Part shown: in pieces, positions 13,573-44,559 of the stretch
How positions within the stretch are numbered: the stretch's first letter is position 1
Layout: every line of letters starts with the position of its first letter
NCBI RefSeq assembly: GCF_035084215.1
Contig: NC_090326.1
Coordinates: 98,580,001 to 98,644,000, forward strand
Reading direction: 5' to 3'
DNA from: Heptranchias perlo
Taxonomy: Eukaryota
Length of the DNA: 64,000 nucleotides
Translations under genes and position numbers: made by a program
The notes under the pieces: generated by a model
The model's input: the letters and a program-made list of their open reading frames with translations, nothing else
The model's database searches: none
Told to the model about the DNA's origin: nothing

Positions 13573-14913
13573 GGTGGTGTGCAAATTATTGGAAAAATTC
13601 TGAGGGACAGTATTAATTGTCATTTAGAAAGGCACAGATTAATCAAGGACAGTCAGCAAGGATTTGTTAAGGGAAGGTCGTGTCTGACTAACTTCACTGA
13701 ATTTTTTGAGGAGGTCGATGAGGGTAGCGCGTCTGATATAGTCTACATAGATTTTAGCAAGGCTTTTGGCACGGTCCCACATGACAGACTGGTCAGAAAA
13801 GTAAAAGTCCATGGGATCCAAGGAAAAGTGGTAACTTGGATCCAAAATTGGCTCAGTGGGAGGAAGCAAAGGATAATGGTCGACGGGTGTTTTTGTGACT
13901 GAAAGGCTGATTCCAGTGGGGTGCTGCAGGGCTCAGTACTAGGTCCCTTGCTTTTTGTGGAATATATCAATTATTTAGACTTAAATGTAGGGGGCATGAT
14001 TAAGAAGTTTGCAGATGATACAAAAATTGGCTCTGTGGTTGATAGTGAGGAAGAAAGCTGTAGACTGCAGGAAGATATCAATGGACTGGTCAGGTGGGCA
14101 GAAAAGTGGTGAAAGGAATTCAATCCGGAGAAGTGTGAGGTAATGTATTTGGGGAGGGCAAACAAGGCAAGGAATACACGATAAATAGTAGGATACTGAG
14201 AAGTGTAGAGGAACAGAAGAACCTTGGAGGGCATGTTCACAGATCCCTGAAGGTAGTAGGACAGGTCGATAAGGTGATTAAGAAGGCATACGAGATACTT
14301 TCCTTTATTAGCCAAGGCATAGAATATAAGAGCAGGGAGGTTATGCCAGAACTGTATAAAACACTGGTTAGACCACAGCTAGATGACTGTGTACAGTTCT
14401 GGTCACCACATTATAGGAAAGATGTGATTGCACTAGAGAGGGTACAGAGGAGATTTACAAAGATGTTGACAGGACTGGAGAATTTTAGCTATGAGGAAAG
14501 ATAGGATAGGCTGGGTTTGTTTTCTTTGGAACTGAGGAGGCTGAGGGAAGATTTAATTGTGATGTATAAAATTATGATAGAGTGGATAGGAAAGACCTAT
14601 TTCCCTTAGCAGAGAGGTCAATAACCAGGAAGCATAGATTTAAAGTAATTGGTAGACGGATTAGAGGGGAGTGAGAAGAAATTTTTTCACCCAGAGGGTG
14701 ATGGGGGTCTGCAACTCACTGCCTGAAAGGGTGGTAGAGGCAGAAACCCTCAACGCATTTAGACAGTACCTAGATATGCACTTGAAGTGTGGTATCCTAC
14801 AAGGCTACGGACCAAGAGCTGGAAAGTGGGATTAGGCTGGATAGCTCTTTTGCAGCTGGCATAGGCACAAGGGGCTGAATAGTCTCCTTCTGTGCCGTAA
14901 ATTTCTATGATTC
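13573..14913 (+). mobile_element. Nested CR1 fragment with a 7-bp TSD
   Basis: TATAGTT at 13566-13572 and 14914-14920; RT motifs QGSVLGPLLF and FADD; very similar to 9013-11381. Confidence 0.9.
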
Positions 14914-15719
14914 TATAGTTAATACTGAGGAGGACTGCGACAAAATACAGGAAGATATTAATAAACTTGCAGAATGTACGTGTAATTGGCAAATGAATTT
15001 CAGTATCGATAAGAGTGAGGTATTACATTTTGGTGGGGAAAATAAGGGGCCAAATACCGCTTGGATAATAAGAGTCTAAATGGGGTGGAGGAGCAGAGGG
15101 ATCTGGGGGTACAGATACACAAATCACTAAAAGTAGCAACACAGGTTAATAAGGCCATAAAAAAAGCAAACCAAACACTGGGATTCATTCCCAGAGGGGT
15201 AGAATTGAAAAGCATATGTAATGTTGAACTTGTACAGAACCTTGGTTAGACCACACTTGGAGTATTGTGAACAGTTCTGGTGTCCATATTATAAAAAGGA
15301 TATAGAGGCACTAGAGAATATTCAAAAAAGATTTACTAAGATGATACCAGAACTGAAAGGTTATTCCTATCAGGAAACATTGAGCAGGCTGGGGCTCTTT
15401 TCTCTAGAAAAGAAAAGACTGAGGGGTAACCTGATAGAGGTATTTAAGATTATCAAAGGGTTTGATAGGGTAGATGTTGAGAAGATGTTTTCACTTATGG
15501 GAGAGACCAGAACCAGAGCCATAAATATAAGGTAGTTACTAAGAAATCCAATAGGGAATTCAGGCAAAACTTCTTTACCAAGAGAGTGGTTAGAATGTGA
15601 TACTTGCTACCACAAGGAGTAGTTGATGCGACTAGCATGGATGCATTTAAGGGGAAGCTAGATAAACACATGAGGGAGAAAGGAATTGAAGGATATGCTG
15701 ATACGGTTAGATGAAGTAT

Positions 15720-16092
15720 AACAACATAAGAACATAAGAAATAGGAGCACGAGTAGGCCATACGGCCCCTAGAGCCTGCTCCGCCATTCAATCAGATCAT
15801 GACTGATCTTCAACCTCAACTCCACTTTCCTGCCTGATCCTCATATCCCTTGATCCCTCTAGAATCCAAAAATCTATCTCAGCCTTGAATATACTCAATG
15901 ACTCAGCATCCATAGCCCTCTGGAGTACAGAATTCCAAAGATTCGCAACCCTCTGAGTGAAGAAATTCCTCCTCATCTCAATCTTAAATGGCCGACCAAC
16001 CCCTTATCCTGCGACTATGCCCCCTAGTTCTAGATTCTCCAGCCAGGGGAAACAACCTCTCAGCGTCTCCCCTGTCAAGCCCTCTCAGAATC
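15720..16092 (-). mobile_element. Nested CR1 3' end
   Basis: Starts with the reverse tail repeat aacataagaacataagaaataggagc and interrupts the host 3' UTR. Confidence 0.8.
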
Positions 16093-16192
16093 TAGGGAGG
16101 GAGCAGGCTCGTGTGGAGCATAAACACTGGCATGGACCTGTTGGGCCGAACGGCCTGTTTCTGTGCTATACATTCTATGTAATTCTATTTAA

Positions 16193-16428
16193 GGGCAGGA
16201 GCGTTCTCCCGGTGTGCTGGCCACTATTTTATCCCTCAACCAACAGCACTAACATAAGATCTAGTCATTTATCACATTGCTGTTTGTGGGACCTTCCTTT
16301 GTGCAATTTGGCTGCCACGTTTGCCAACACTACAACAATGACTACACTTCAAAAAGGATTTCATTGGTTGTTAAGTGCTTTGGGGCATCCCGAGGTCGTG
16401 AAAGGTGCAAGTTCTTTCTTTCTTCTTT
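16193..16428 (+). mobile_element. DeuSINE (SacSINE1/AmnSINE1-like) 3' part
   Basis: gttctcccggtgtgctggcca..tttatccctcaaccaac...gactacacttcaaaa...gaggtcgtgaaaggtg; matches the copies at 42165-42592 and 63575-64000. Confidence 0.8.
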
Positions 16429-17131
16429 GCTGTCATTGGACTAATTCCTCCCACCCGCCGTGGCTTGACAACGACCAACACCAACTTCCACTCTCGGCTT
16501 CCCCAATTCTTCATCCACAGAAGCTGCCTGACTTGCTGAGTATTTCCAGCATTCTGTTTTTATGTCAATTTCCAGCATCCGCAGTATTTTGCTTTCAATA
16601 ACATTATGACTTGGTTTAATAAGTGTTCCTTTTGTTTCGTTGAAATGAGACTTTATGTTCATAAATTATTTTATTCATCATAAATTATTTTATTAATTGT
16701 GCCTAATTAAAACAAATTAGCAACCCAGAGTCATCAATTAAAAAAAGGAATGTGTGGAGACAGGAAGGTGCGTTAACGTCGCAGGTCGATGACGTTTCAT
16801 CAGAACCTCGGCTCCCCTGTAATCTCACGACAACCAGCACGATCAAACCATTATGATTTCCTCCACACACCCCCCTCCCCAACCCCGAGTGATATTTAAG
16901 TGAAAAAAAATTTTGGATCCTTAGATATTAAATGTACAATACAAATATTGATTTTTTTTTTATCGTTGATATGGAAATAGACGGCGTTTGAAGCTGGCTG
17001 TATTTGACCGTACGTCATGGTACCCCCCCGGTGGGTGGTGCGGTCTGTTGGACGGTTCCAGAAGCCCGAGCCCGAGCCCCGCCCTCCGCCGAGTGACGGA
17101 GGATCGATCGTGAGGCTGAGGTCCGTCCAAC

Positions 17132-35315
<18,184 letters not shown>

Positions 35316-35438
35316 GCATCTAGTACTCCACTGACAGGAGAGTGCTAGGATATGTCACAATTTGTGTACTCCATTTTCTGTTCAGTTATTTATTTTTGCA
35401 TAACACTGTAAGCTATATGTATTTGTTTAGAAGAACTG

Positions 35439-35444
35439 AATAAA
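35439..35444 (+). terminator. CCT5 polyadenylation signal
   Basis: AATAAA 124 nt after the stop codon, followed by T-rich sequence. Confidence 0.7.
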
Positions 35445-35656
35445 AGCTTACTTGTACCATTTCATGGCTTATTTTTCACTTAATACACTTCTTCCTTGAA
35501 TGCAGTGGTTTGACATTCCACTGGTCTAAGATAGCAGCAAATATTTCAGCGGGCCAAAATTAAATGTGAATTGAGTTCTGCAGTTGTCGATACATTTAAC
35601 AGGTCACTCTAATGCACTTACCATAAGAGCACATAAGTAGCTGAATGGATTTAGAA

Positions 35657-35763
35657 GCTGGGGTTTTCTACTTCTGCACTTGCCAGCCTGCAATTTTCTG
35701 CTCATTAATGTGAAAGGGTGTAAAATTGCGACTGGCAAGTAAAAGAAGCAGAAAACTTTGGCC
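35657..35763. repeat. Palindromic MITE-like hairpin
   Basis: GTTTTCTACTTCTGCACTTGCCAGCCTGCAATTTT ... AAAATTGCGACTGGCAAGTAAAAGAAGCAGAAAAC, an imperfect inverted repeat. Confidence 0.6.
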
Positions 35764-35889
35764 ATCAACTTTTATGTGCCATAATAAACTGAAGACTTAT
35801 AGTAGAATAAATTGTAACGTCCCACATCAAGAAATTTAATAGAAAGAAAAATAAAGACTTGCATTTATATAGTGCTTTGATGTCCCTTA

Positions 35890-38800
35890 CATACAAACAT
35901 ATGAAAAAGGACAGACCAGCTGGTTCATCAAATCTGTCCCATCCCAACATGGCGTAACTTGCATGCACTATCAATCTCACAATCTCCTGTAAGAAGAAAA
36001 AAACGTAAGACTAATTTAACTGGACAATTCCTCCCTGACTGCCAAAGACAAGCTGCAGGAAATCATGCTAACTGACACTACATCACTGTTAACCAACCAA
36101 CCTTTTACAACTTGAGATGTTTTTCACTCCCAGGAACTTCACCAGCACTTTTTTGAATGCCTGCAGCGAAACTACACTTTGCATGTACTGGCAACCTATT
36201 CCAGAGGTCAATGATTCTACGAAGAGAAATACTTACAAATATCTAATCTAATTCAATGCTTTCATAAATTGCAGGGACGCATCTTCGGGCTCCCCTGACT
36301 AGCTCAAATATCCTCATCTACTTGGAATTTTATTATTTTGAAGACCTCTATCATCAACGTCTACACATTTCTAAAATAAAAATTTCCAGTTCTCTAACCC
36401 TGTCCCAATAACTAACCTCTTAAACTAGGTCGGACTAATCTTCCTCTGAACCTTTTCCAGTGCCTCAATATCCCCATTATGTGAGGGAACCAAAACTCGA
36501 CACCATATTGTAGATTTAGCTGGACACAAAGGGTTGTACAGGTTTTATATTTAATTATCTCAGCTATGCATCCTAACGCCCTATTTGTTTCCGCAACAAT
36601 CTCGTGAAACCGGTCTTCAATGATTCATGAACTAAAACCCTCAGACTTGCTCAGCAGCCTTGAGTACACAATCGTACATGCTTGCAACTTCCCCTGCCCA
36701 AATGCATCATACTGTGCTTGTCGATATTGAAAGACATCTACCTGTCTGTGCCCCCCAATTGTGACTCGATCTGCTTGCAAACTATTATTTCATCCAAGGT
36801 CTTAACTCCAGCACATATTTTCATCTCATCTGCAAAATTGGGGATTGCTCCCTTGATTCCTTCCTTCAGATCATTAATAATGATTGTGAAGAGCAATGGC
36901 CTTTATACTTATCTCACTAGTAACTGCCCCCCTCACAGCCACTACCATTAATAACTTCCCTCTGTTTACATGAATGCAACCAATTCTCTATCCGACCTAA
37001 GAACTACTCTTAAGATACAACCTTACTTAGCCACCTTTTGTTTATCAAAGGCTTTTTGAAAATTTAGATACGCTCAGCAGTATTTTCCACAGGATTTCTC
37101 CTGATCTTCTGCCATAATTTTGATGGAAGATCGGTGGAAACCCAGAGAAAGCATAAGCAGCACTCTGCTGTTGCAGTAGTTTGTAACTACATTATAGTTC
37201 CTCAACGAGATAGAAAGGCTAATAGAGGGTGTCTTAAATGTAAAATTTAGCAATTATATAGATTACAAAATCCCTAAGTGATTCGTCTTGTGAGTTGGAG
37301 TAATTCACTAGCCAGCCATTCCCATACTTGAAGAGGCAGACATGGCATTGTTGCATTGGGAAGCTGCAAACAAAACATTTGCTTTCAGGCTGCTTCTAAT
37401 TAGTGTTAGAATATAAAGTATGGTGACAGAGTAGCAAATACCTCTAGATGTACTCATATTTGACTTTGTAATGTTAAATCAAGTAAGCGAGCGTAAGATT
37501 CAACTATAAAGAAAAAAAACTGCAGGTGAGATTTTGAGAGAGCTAATGGGTAAACACTACGGTCAGCGTGAATTCACAAATAGGGAGTGTAACTAAAATT
37601 AAACTGTTCGGTTTTGTTTTAGTCTGATAGCAGAACTTTTAATTCAGTCCCAATACATTAGAGTTTAAACACCAGTTATCTGAGGTAATTTTGACTTTGT
37701 GTGATAGTGTAAAATGGGCAAAATCAATTCAGCTGACCTGTTACACGTCTCTTCTAAGTCGATTCAGCTACTTATATGCTCTTATGATAAGTGAAAGGGG
37801 ATCTAATTACAAGTATGACAAATCCTGAAGCATATCAACAAGTTGAACTCTGAGAACGGTGTCAACGGGGCATGAGATGAAAGTCAGAAGAGGGAAGATG
37901 AATGGACAGATCAGATATAACTACTTCATACGGAGGGGGGGTGAATGCTTGGAATGGACTGCCCAAGGTTGTGATCAAACTCATAACATTTGTAATTTTA
38001 AGAGGGAGTTGTTCAGGCATTTAACTAGAAAATTAATTGAGCGATATAATTATTGAACTGTTATATTGTAATGGGGCTGGCCAGAGGGATCGAAATTGTG
38101 TTTTCTTGGAATGTACACTCCTATGTTAACTGCTGATACTGCGTGCTACTCCAAAGTTAAAATTCAATGAACATTTAATTCACTCAGACAGTATTTTCCT
38201 GAGCTTCCTAATCCATGCAAGTTACAATAGTAGTACTGTCTTACTATATGGCCACAATACATATGTGGGTAGCATAAAGAAGATTATTGAACCAAAGATT
38301 ATTGATCATTGGATCCAAAGGATCCATTAGGAGTGTGAGTCAGAAATCCATTAGGAGTGTGAGTCAGAAAGATTGATTGCTGGGATGAGAGGGTTGTCGT
38401 ATGAGCAGAGATTAAGTAGAATGGGCCTATATTCTCTGGAGTTTAGAAAAATGAGAGGTGATCTCATTGAAAGATATGATATAAGGGGGCTTGACTGGTT
38501 AGATGCTGAGAGCTTGTTTCCCCTGGCTGGTGAGTCTAGAACTGGGAGGCATAGTCTCAGGATAGGGGGTCGGCCATTTAAGACTGAGAGGGTTGTAAAT
38601 ATTTGGAATTCTCTACCCCAGGGTCTGTGGATGCTCAGTCGTTGACAATATTCAAGACTGAGATCGATAGATGTTTGGACACTAAAGGAATCAAGGGATA
38701 TGGGGATAGGCAGGAAAGTGGAGTTGAGGTAGAAGATCAGCCATGATCTTATTGAATGATGGAGCAGGCTCGAGGGGCCGTATGGCCTACTCCTGCTCCT

Positions 38801-41800
38801 ATTTCTTATGTTATAAAATTGCATAAATGATTGGCACTCATTTAAATGAAAACTACTTAACTGCAAAGAAACCGCCACTCTAAAAGTTTAAAAAGTACTT
38901 CTACATAAGAACATCTAAGTCATTGATATATATTGTAAACAGCTGAGGCCCAAGCACTGATCCTTGCAGCGCTAGTTACAAACTGCCAAACCTAAAATGA
39001 CCTGTTTATTCCTACTCTCTGTTTTCTGTCCCTTAACCAATCCTCAATCCAAGCTAATATATTACCCCCAATCCCATGAGCCCTAGTCTAGTATAACAAC
39101 TTTATATGTGGCACCTTATCGAATGCCTTTTGAAAATCCAAATTTACAACATTCACTGGTTCCCCCTTATCTACCTTGCTAGTTACACCCTCAAAAAACT
39201 CTAATAGATTTGTCAAACACGATTTCTCTTCCATAAAATTGTGTTGACTCTACCTAATCATATTATGAGTTTCTAAGTGCTCTGTTACTACATCCTTAAT
39301 AATAGATTCTAGCATTTTCCCTACTACTGATGTCAGGCTAACCGGCTTGTAGTTCCCTGTTATCTCTCTCCTTCCTTTCTTGAATAGCGGGGTTATAAAT
39401 GTAGGCATAGAACCATTAACAAAAGGTTTGACAAGATGATACCAGAAAGTAAGATTCTGTAGACAGGAAGAGCATGCAGATACAGGATTTTTAATACATT
39501 ACAGATAGCAGTACAGAATTGTACTGGTACTTTGTGTAACAGTGTTTGAATTGGTAATGAAACTCTTTAGCAGTGCTGTATTATTTTGATACAATGTAAT
39601 AATACTAAATTAGTACTGGTACTCTGTAATAGCACTGAATTAGTACTGAGTTACATTGGTACGCTGTATAATAGTACTGAATTAGTAGTGCATTAAACTG
39701 GTATTGTGCAATATAATTGACCAAATATTGAGTTATTCTGGTATTCAATACCACTTTCTGATCTGAGAAACATCCATTTATTCCTACTCTCAACCCTTCA
39801 GCCATCCCTCTATCCATGTCTTTAACTTTATCTTCAATACCATGTGCCTTAATTTTTGCACAAGTCTGTTGTGTGGCATTTTATCAAATGTTTTTAAAAG
39901 TCCAAATATATTATAGTCACAAATCCTTTGTGTATCTGTTCACTAATTTACTTGAAGACTTTATTAAATTAGTCAAGCATGAGCTATCCTTTCTAAATCC
40001 ATGTTAATTCCCTGATGGTAGATTGTGAACTTCATGACAATATTTTGAGTGCTATTCAATGCATTTAGTTTGGCAAGATGGATCTTTGCCTGTGCTGAAT
40101 TTTAACTTATATTTTTTGTATTGCTAGACCCTAAGGTCACATAAAATATTCTTTTCAATGGAAAGCCATCAGCTTGAGCTATAGAATTTGTCTACTAGAT
40201 TATCCTCAAGATGTAAATTTGTTTTGGTCTACACAATGGTGTCCTGAAGTGTTAATTGGTTAATCAACCCTGGGGACATTATTTGCAAGCCCATTTTATG
40301 CTATTGTCAAAAGCTGGCCCATATTGTTACTCATGAGTAGCTGGGGACATATTAGCGCTTAAGATTTCATTCTGTTCAATTCATCCAGCGTGGCATACAG
40401 CCACTCAGACTACAAAAAGCACTCTAGTTCCACATCAGAACCCAACCTCTGGTAGTGACTTTGATTTGACAGCTGTTTCTGAGACAATTGAGGAGAAGCA
40501 GGCCCTTTGATTGGTTGGAACCCTCTGATTGATAGCCACTTACAGATTTACATGTGCAGGATACAGCCTGAGTGTAGTCAGTGTGTGTGCAGCTCCTAGA
40601 TAAGAGTTGCAAGGCTATTAGATTTTAAACCTGGTTAGAGAGGTAGATCAGTGAGTTTACAGTAAGTGGACTTCTATTTAAAGATTCAAGTTTAAAGGGG
40701 AAATGAGTTGCACATTTGGTGTTTTATACATGAAGAGTGTAAGAAAATAAATATATCACTGTGTTAAACTATGTACTGTTCATTCATCTGTTGTAAATGG
40801 GACACTTATTGTTTCAATGCCTGTGTCTCAATTTGGTAAGAGCCTATGCAGTCTGCAGTTTGGAGTGAGAGCTCAGATCACATGGCAGCACATTATACAT
40901 TCCTCTAGCCTCTGTACAGAATATGGGTTATTTGTTAGGACCCCAGGGTCATGCTTTGATTTACCTAATATTGGGCAGAAAAAGGTGCACTACAGATCAT
41001 AGGGGACATGAGGTATTCTTATTGGAGTTCTGGTGATGCTAAACCCATTATAACCTCTAATGTGATAACTCAACATTCAGGTAAACATTAAATTAATCTT
41101 TATTATGGTCTCCAGCAATCTTCCTAATACCATTGTGAGGCTAATTGGGCTATAGTTACCTGGCTTATTCCTTTCCCCTTCTTTGAATGGGGTCTAACAT
41201 TTGCATTCCCTTTGGTGCATTTTCTGTTTCCAAGTAAAATTATGGTTAGTGTCTCTACTATATCTTTACAAATCATCTTCAGTATTCTGAGGGTAGGCCT
41301 GATTAGGTGACTTATCCACTTTCAGTCTCATTTAATCTTTTTATAATATTTATATCAGTTATTCTGCATTCTCACCTGCTACTCTTGTAGTCCTTCCTTC
41401 AAACTCCTTTGTAAATACAGAGGAAAAGTACTTGTTAAGCGTCTCTGTGGTTCTTTTATTCTCTACCATCAGATTGGCATCATTGTGCCTTAGTGGTTCC
41501 ACTCTTTGACTATCCTCTTCATTTTCATATGCTTAGGAAAGTTGTTATTATCTTTATTATTACCCTTTTATGTTGACTGCCAGTTCTTTTTCATAGTTTC
41601 CCTTAGCCCTTGCAATCCCTCTTTTTACTTTGCTTTTGGTATTGCTCCTACCTTTCTTCAGTATTTCTGGACTTAATTTTATTGTATGCCTTTTAGATTT
41701 TATATTTACCCTAATGTCCTGCTTCATCAATGGAATACTGGATTTTAATCCTAGTTATGATATATTTATTATGTGCCCTATCTATCTCACACGTAAATTT

Positions 41801-42080
41801 ATTTTCCACTAGTGGTCTGCTGTTTTATCTAACAAAATTTTCCATCCAATTAATCTAGAATATTCCTCCTTTCATCCATGTAAAACTAGCTGTTTTCCAG
41901 GCCAAAACCTTTGTTTTTGACTCTGTTTATCCTTCATCAATTCTGACTGTAAACCTACTTACGTTATGATCACTGGCCACTAAATGTTCTTCTACCTTCA
42001 GGTTACTTGCTTATCCTGGTTCATTACCCACAGTCAGGTCTACTATACATCTTTCCTTGTAGGACCTATGTCCTTGGAAC
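35890..42080. mobile_element. Intergenic field of decayed CR1 fragments
   Basis: Old minus-strand pieces at 35890-37070, 38915-39400, 39760-40010 and 41050-42080; plus-strand pieces at 37790-38130 and 38370-38812 (YEQRLSRMGLYSLEFRKMRGD). Confidence 0.7.
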
Positions 42081-42164
42081 TAAACTGGTACTTTGTATAA
42101 AAGTACATAATTATATCTGTATTCTGTGGAGTAATACTAAGTTATACTGATTTAATCTGAGTGA

Positions 42165-42592
42165 AGTGTTAGTGTTGGTTCAGTGATAGCACTTTAGCCT
42201 CTGAGTCAGAAGGTCAAGTCCCACTCCAGAGACTTGGGCACATAATCTAGGCCAATCCTTCAGTGCAGTACTGAGGGAGTGCTGTAGTTTCGGAGGTGCT
42301 GTCTTTCAGGTGAGATGTCAAACTGATATCCTCTTTGTCCTCTTAGATGGATGTAAAAGATCCCGTGGCACTATTTGAAGAAGAGCAGGGGAGTTCTCCA
42401 TCAAATAACACCATTAAAATTGATTATCTGGTCATTGCTGTATGTGGGGCCAAGCTGTGTGCAAATTGGCTGCCACATTTGTCTACATTACAAGAGTGAC
42501 TACACTTTGAAAGTACTTCATTGACTGTGAAGCACTTTGGGATGTCTTGAGGATGTGAAAGATGCTATATAAATTAAAGTTTTTTCTTTCTT
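42165..42592 (+). mobile_element. Near full-length DeuSINE (SacSINE1-like)
   Basis: tRNA-like head (ggttcagtgatagcac...gtcaagtccc), Deu core (ggaggtgctgtctttcagg...aaaagatcccgtggcactatttgaagaagagcagggg), L2-type tail. Confidence 0.85.
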
Positions 42593-43514
42593 ATTCTGAT
42601 ACTTTATAAAATACTAAATTAGTACTGACTCATACCAGTGTTCCCTAAAATTACCAAATTGTACTGATACACTGTAAAATACTGAGTTATGGAGGTACTC
42701 TGTGATAATACTGTGCTAAAATTTCAATGATTCTTAGTACTATGAATTTTGCCAAATTGTTTTTGGCACAACGATGGGCACTGCACTGAGACTTTAGTAG
42801 TTATGGCAGACTTTTCCTATTACATTCTACTAAAAATTGTGTGATCCTTTCAGCTGAATTATCCACATACAAATAATTCATCACCATCTTCAAGGCTGTT
42901 TCGAGGGGTTCCTTGAGCCTCTAATGCCAGCTACAGGGTGTATGGTTTGAAGTGAATCCCTCTGTTATCACATCGACGTGTTCACAAAATAGTATTTTGT
43001 TCAAATATTCCCATAGGTAAATGCTCTTCATGCTTAAGAGAATTAAGTTTTGTAATATTCTGCATTATTTTACCATATGCTTTCTAAATTTTTACCTTAT
43101 GTTTTAAAAAAAAATTAGACCAAAAGACGCTTTCCAACTTACAAATGATTTTACTCCACAAAAGTTTAATGTAAAAAAAATAATTTCTTTCACTTGTTGC
43201 CTTGATTTCTTGGAAACATAGCAAAGTCCTGGCCAGATATTCCATTTTGTGTGACAGCTTGCACACATAAACATCATGATTGTTTGCCTTCATCATTTTA
43301 ACTGGTGTTAGGTAACTGGGCAGTTCATTTGCTCTGGAGCCAGAGCTGAATGAAAACCTACAATGGTATTTCATTATTGCAGTCCTCCATAATTTTACTT
43401 CTGTGAATTGAATGTGATTTTGAGCGCATATGCAATGGAAAGGCTAGAAAGAAGAGTTATAAGACTAGTCTCAAGTATAAGGGGGATAAGCTATGGACAA
43501 AGATTATGGAAACT

Positions 43515-44005
43515 TAAGCCCCGATTTTAACCTAACTCACCCAGTGGGAAAGAGCAGGTTTGAACCAGATGCCTCTTTTATAGCCTGCTCGACTTGACTT
43601 CATTGGAGAGCAAAATCGGACTGGTCACCCAGCGCCCATCAGAAGGGAAAAGGACCTCCTTTGACTCTTTGAGAACCTTCATGGCACCATCAGAAAATCT
43701 GGGGGCCTTGGATGAAGTCATTTCGGCAGCAGATTCAGAAAATTGATTGCCACTAATCAGCATTGAAAAGTATACCTACCCTCTCAGAGGTGTAGCCTGC
43801 CTTTAGGTAGCCACAGCCTTGCTGAATATCCTGCCCTACTAATTGCGAGCTCTCTATAGGGAGCACGATTAGGACCGACAGCATGCCGATTGCATTTAAG
43901 TGAGGCCCAACCATGAAAATGGATCGGGCCTCCTGCTGATGTCATCAGGCAGGCAGAGTGGACAACCCGCCCGTTTTGTACTCCACACCAAAACTAATGC
44001 CATTG
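43515..44005 (-). mobile_element. Non-autonomous Harbinger-derived element
   Basis: KAPRFSDGAMKVL...EVLFPSDGR matches Myb exon 1 of the 1766-6022 element (RAPRFSDGALEAL...SLYPQGGR); GCCCCGATTTTAAC end. Confidence 0.6.
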
Positions 44006-44559
44006 AGTTGGCTGCTGTGTGTTTTACTGTTTAAAAAAAAACCTGGTGATACTGCAATCCTTTGTCAGAAATCCAAAAATCCTTTCCATCTGGTGTTACA
44101 TAAAATCAATAATATTTCTATCCTCTGTCACACAGTATTACTTCCATCTTTCGAAGGCAACAGAAATGTAGGAAAGGAATTAAATAATGAACCTCACATC
44201 CAACACATTAAAAAAAAATTACTCAGAAACACCACTATCCAGATCAGAAGTTTTAAACAAATAAACGTCCTCACTCCTCGTGTGCAATGCAATTGGAGAT
44301 TGACTAATTCTAATTATTTGCAATCAGGATTTTTTTTACTTGAAGGACACAATTTATTTTTCCTCTTCACACTACAAATATGTCATCATCTACAAACCTT
44401 CCTTTGTGCACATCATCTCATGCAACTCCCATTCCTGCCACTTCATCAAAATTACTTCTAAACCTTGTCTGCATGCACCACAACTTTAATGCTACCGTAA
44501 TTTTATTTACACCCATACTGTGTGTGTATGTGCCTAGTGCTTCTTAACACTGTGCTTCT

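Larger units (their letters stand above)
12458..16188 (+). mobile_element. Host CR1 LINE split by three younger CR1 insertions
   Basis: Collinear RT pieces at 12458-12535, ~12996-13572, 14921-~15719 and ~16093-16188 (3' tail ctatgtaattctat). Confidence 0.85.

Noticed and set aside
15957-16601. 214-aa ORF
   Set aside because: Chance read-through across CR1, SINE and Penelope fragments
42170-42235. tRNA gene
   Set aside because: It is the degenerate tRNA-derived head of a SINE, with no complete cloverleaf
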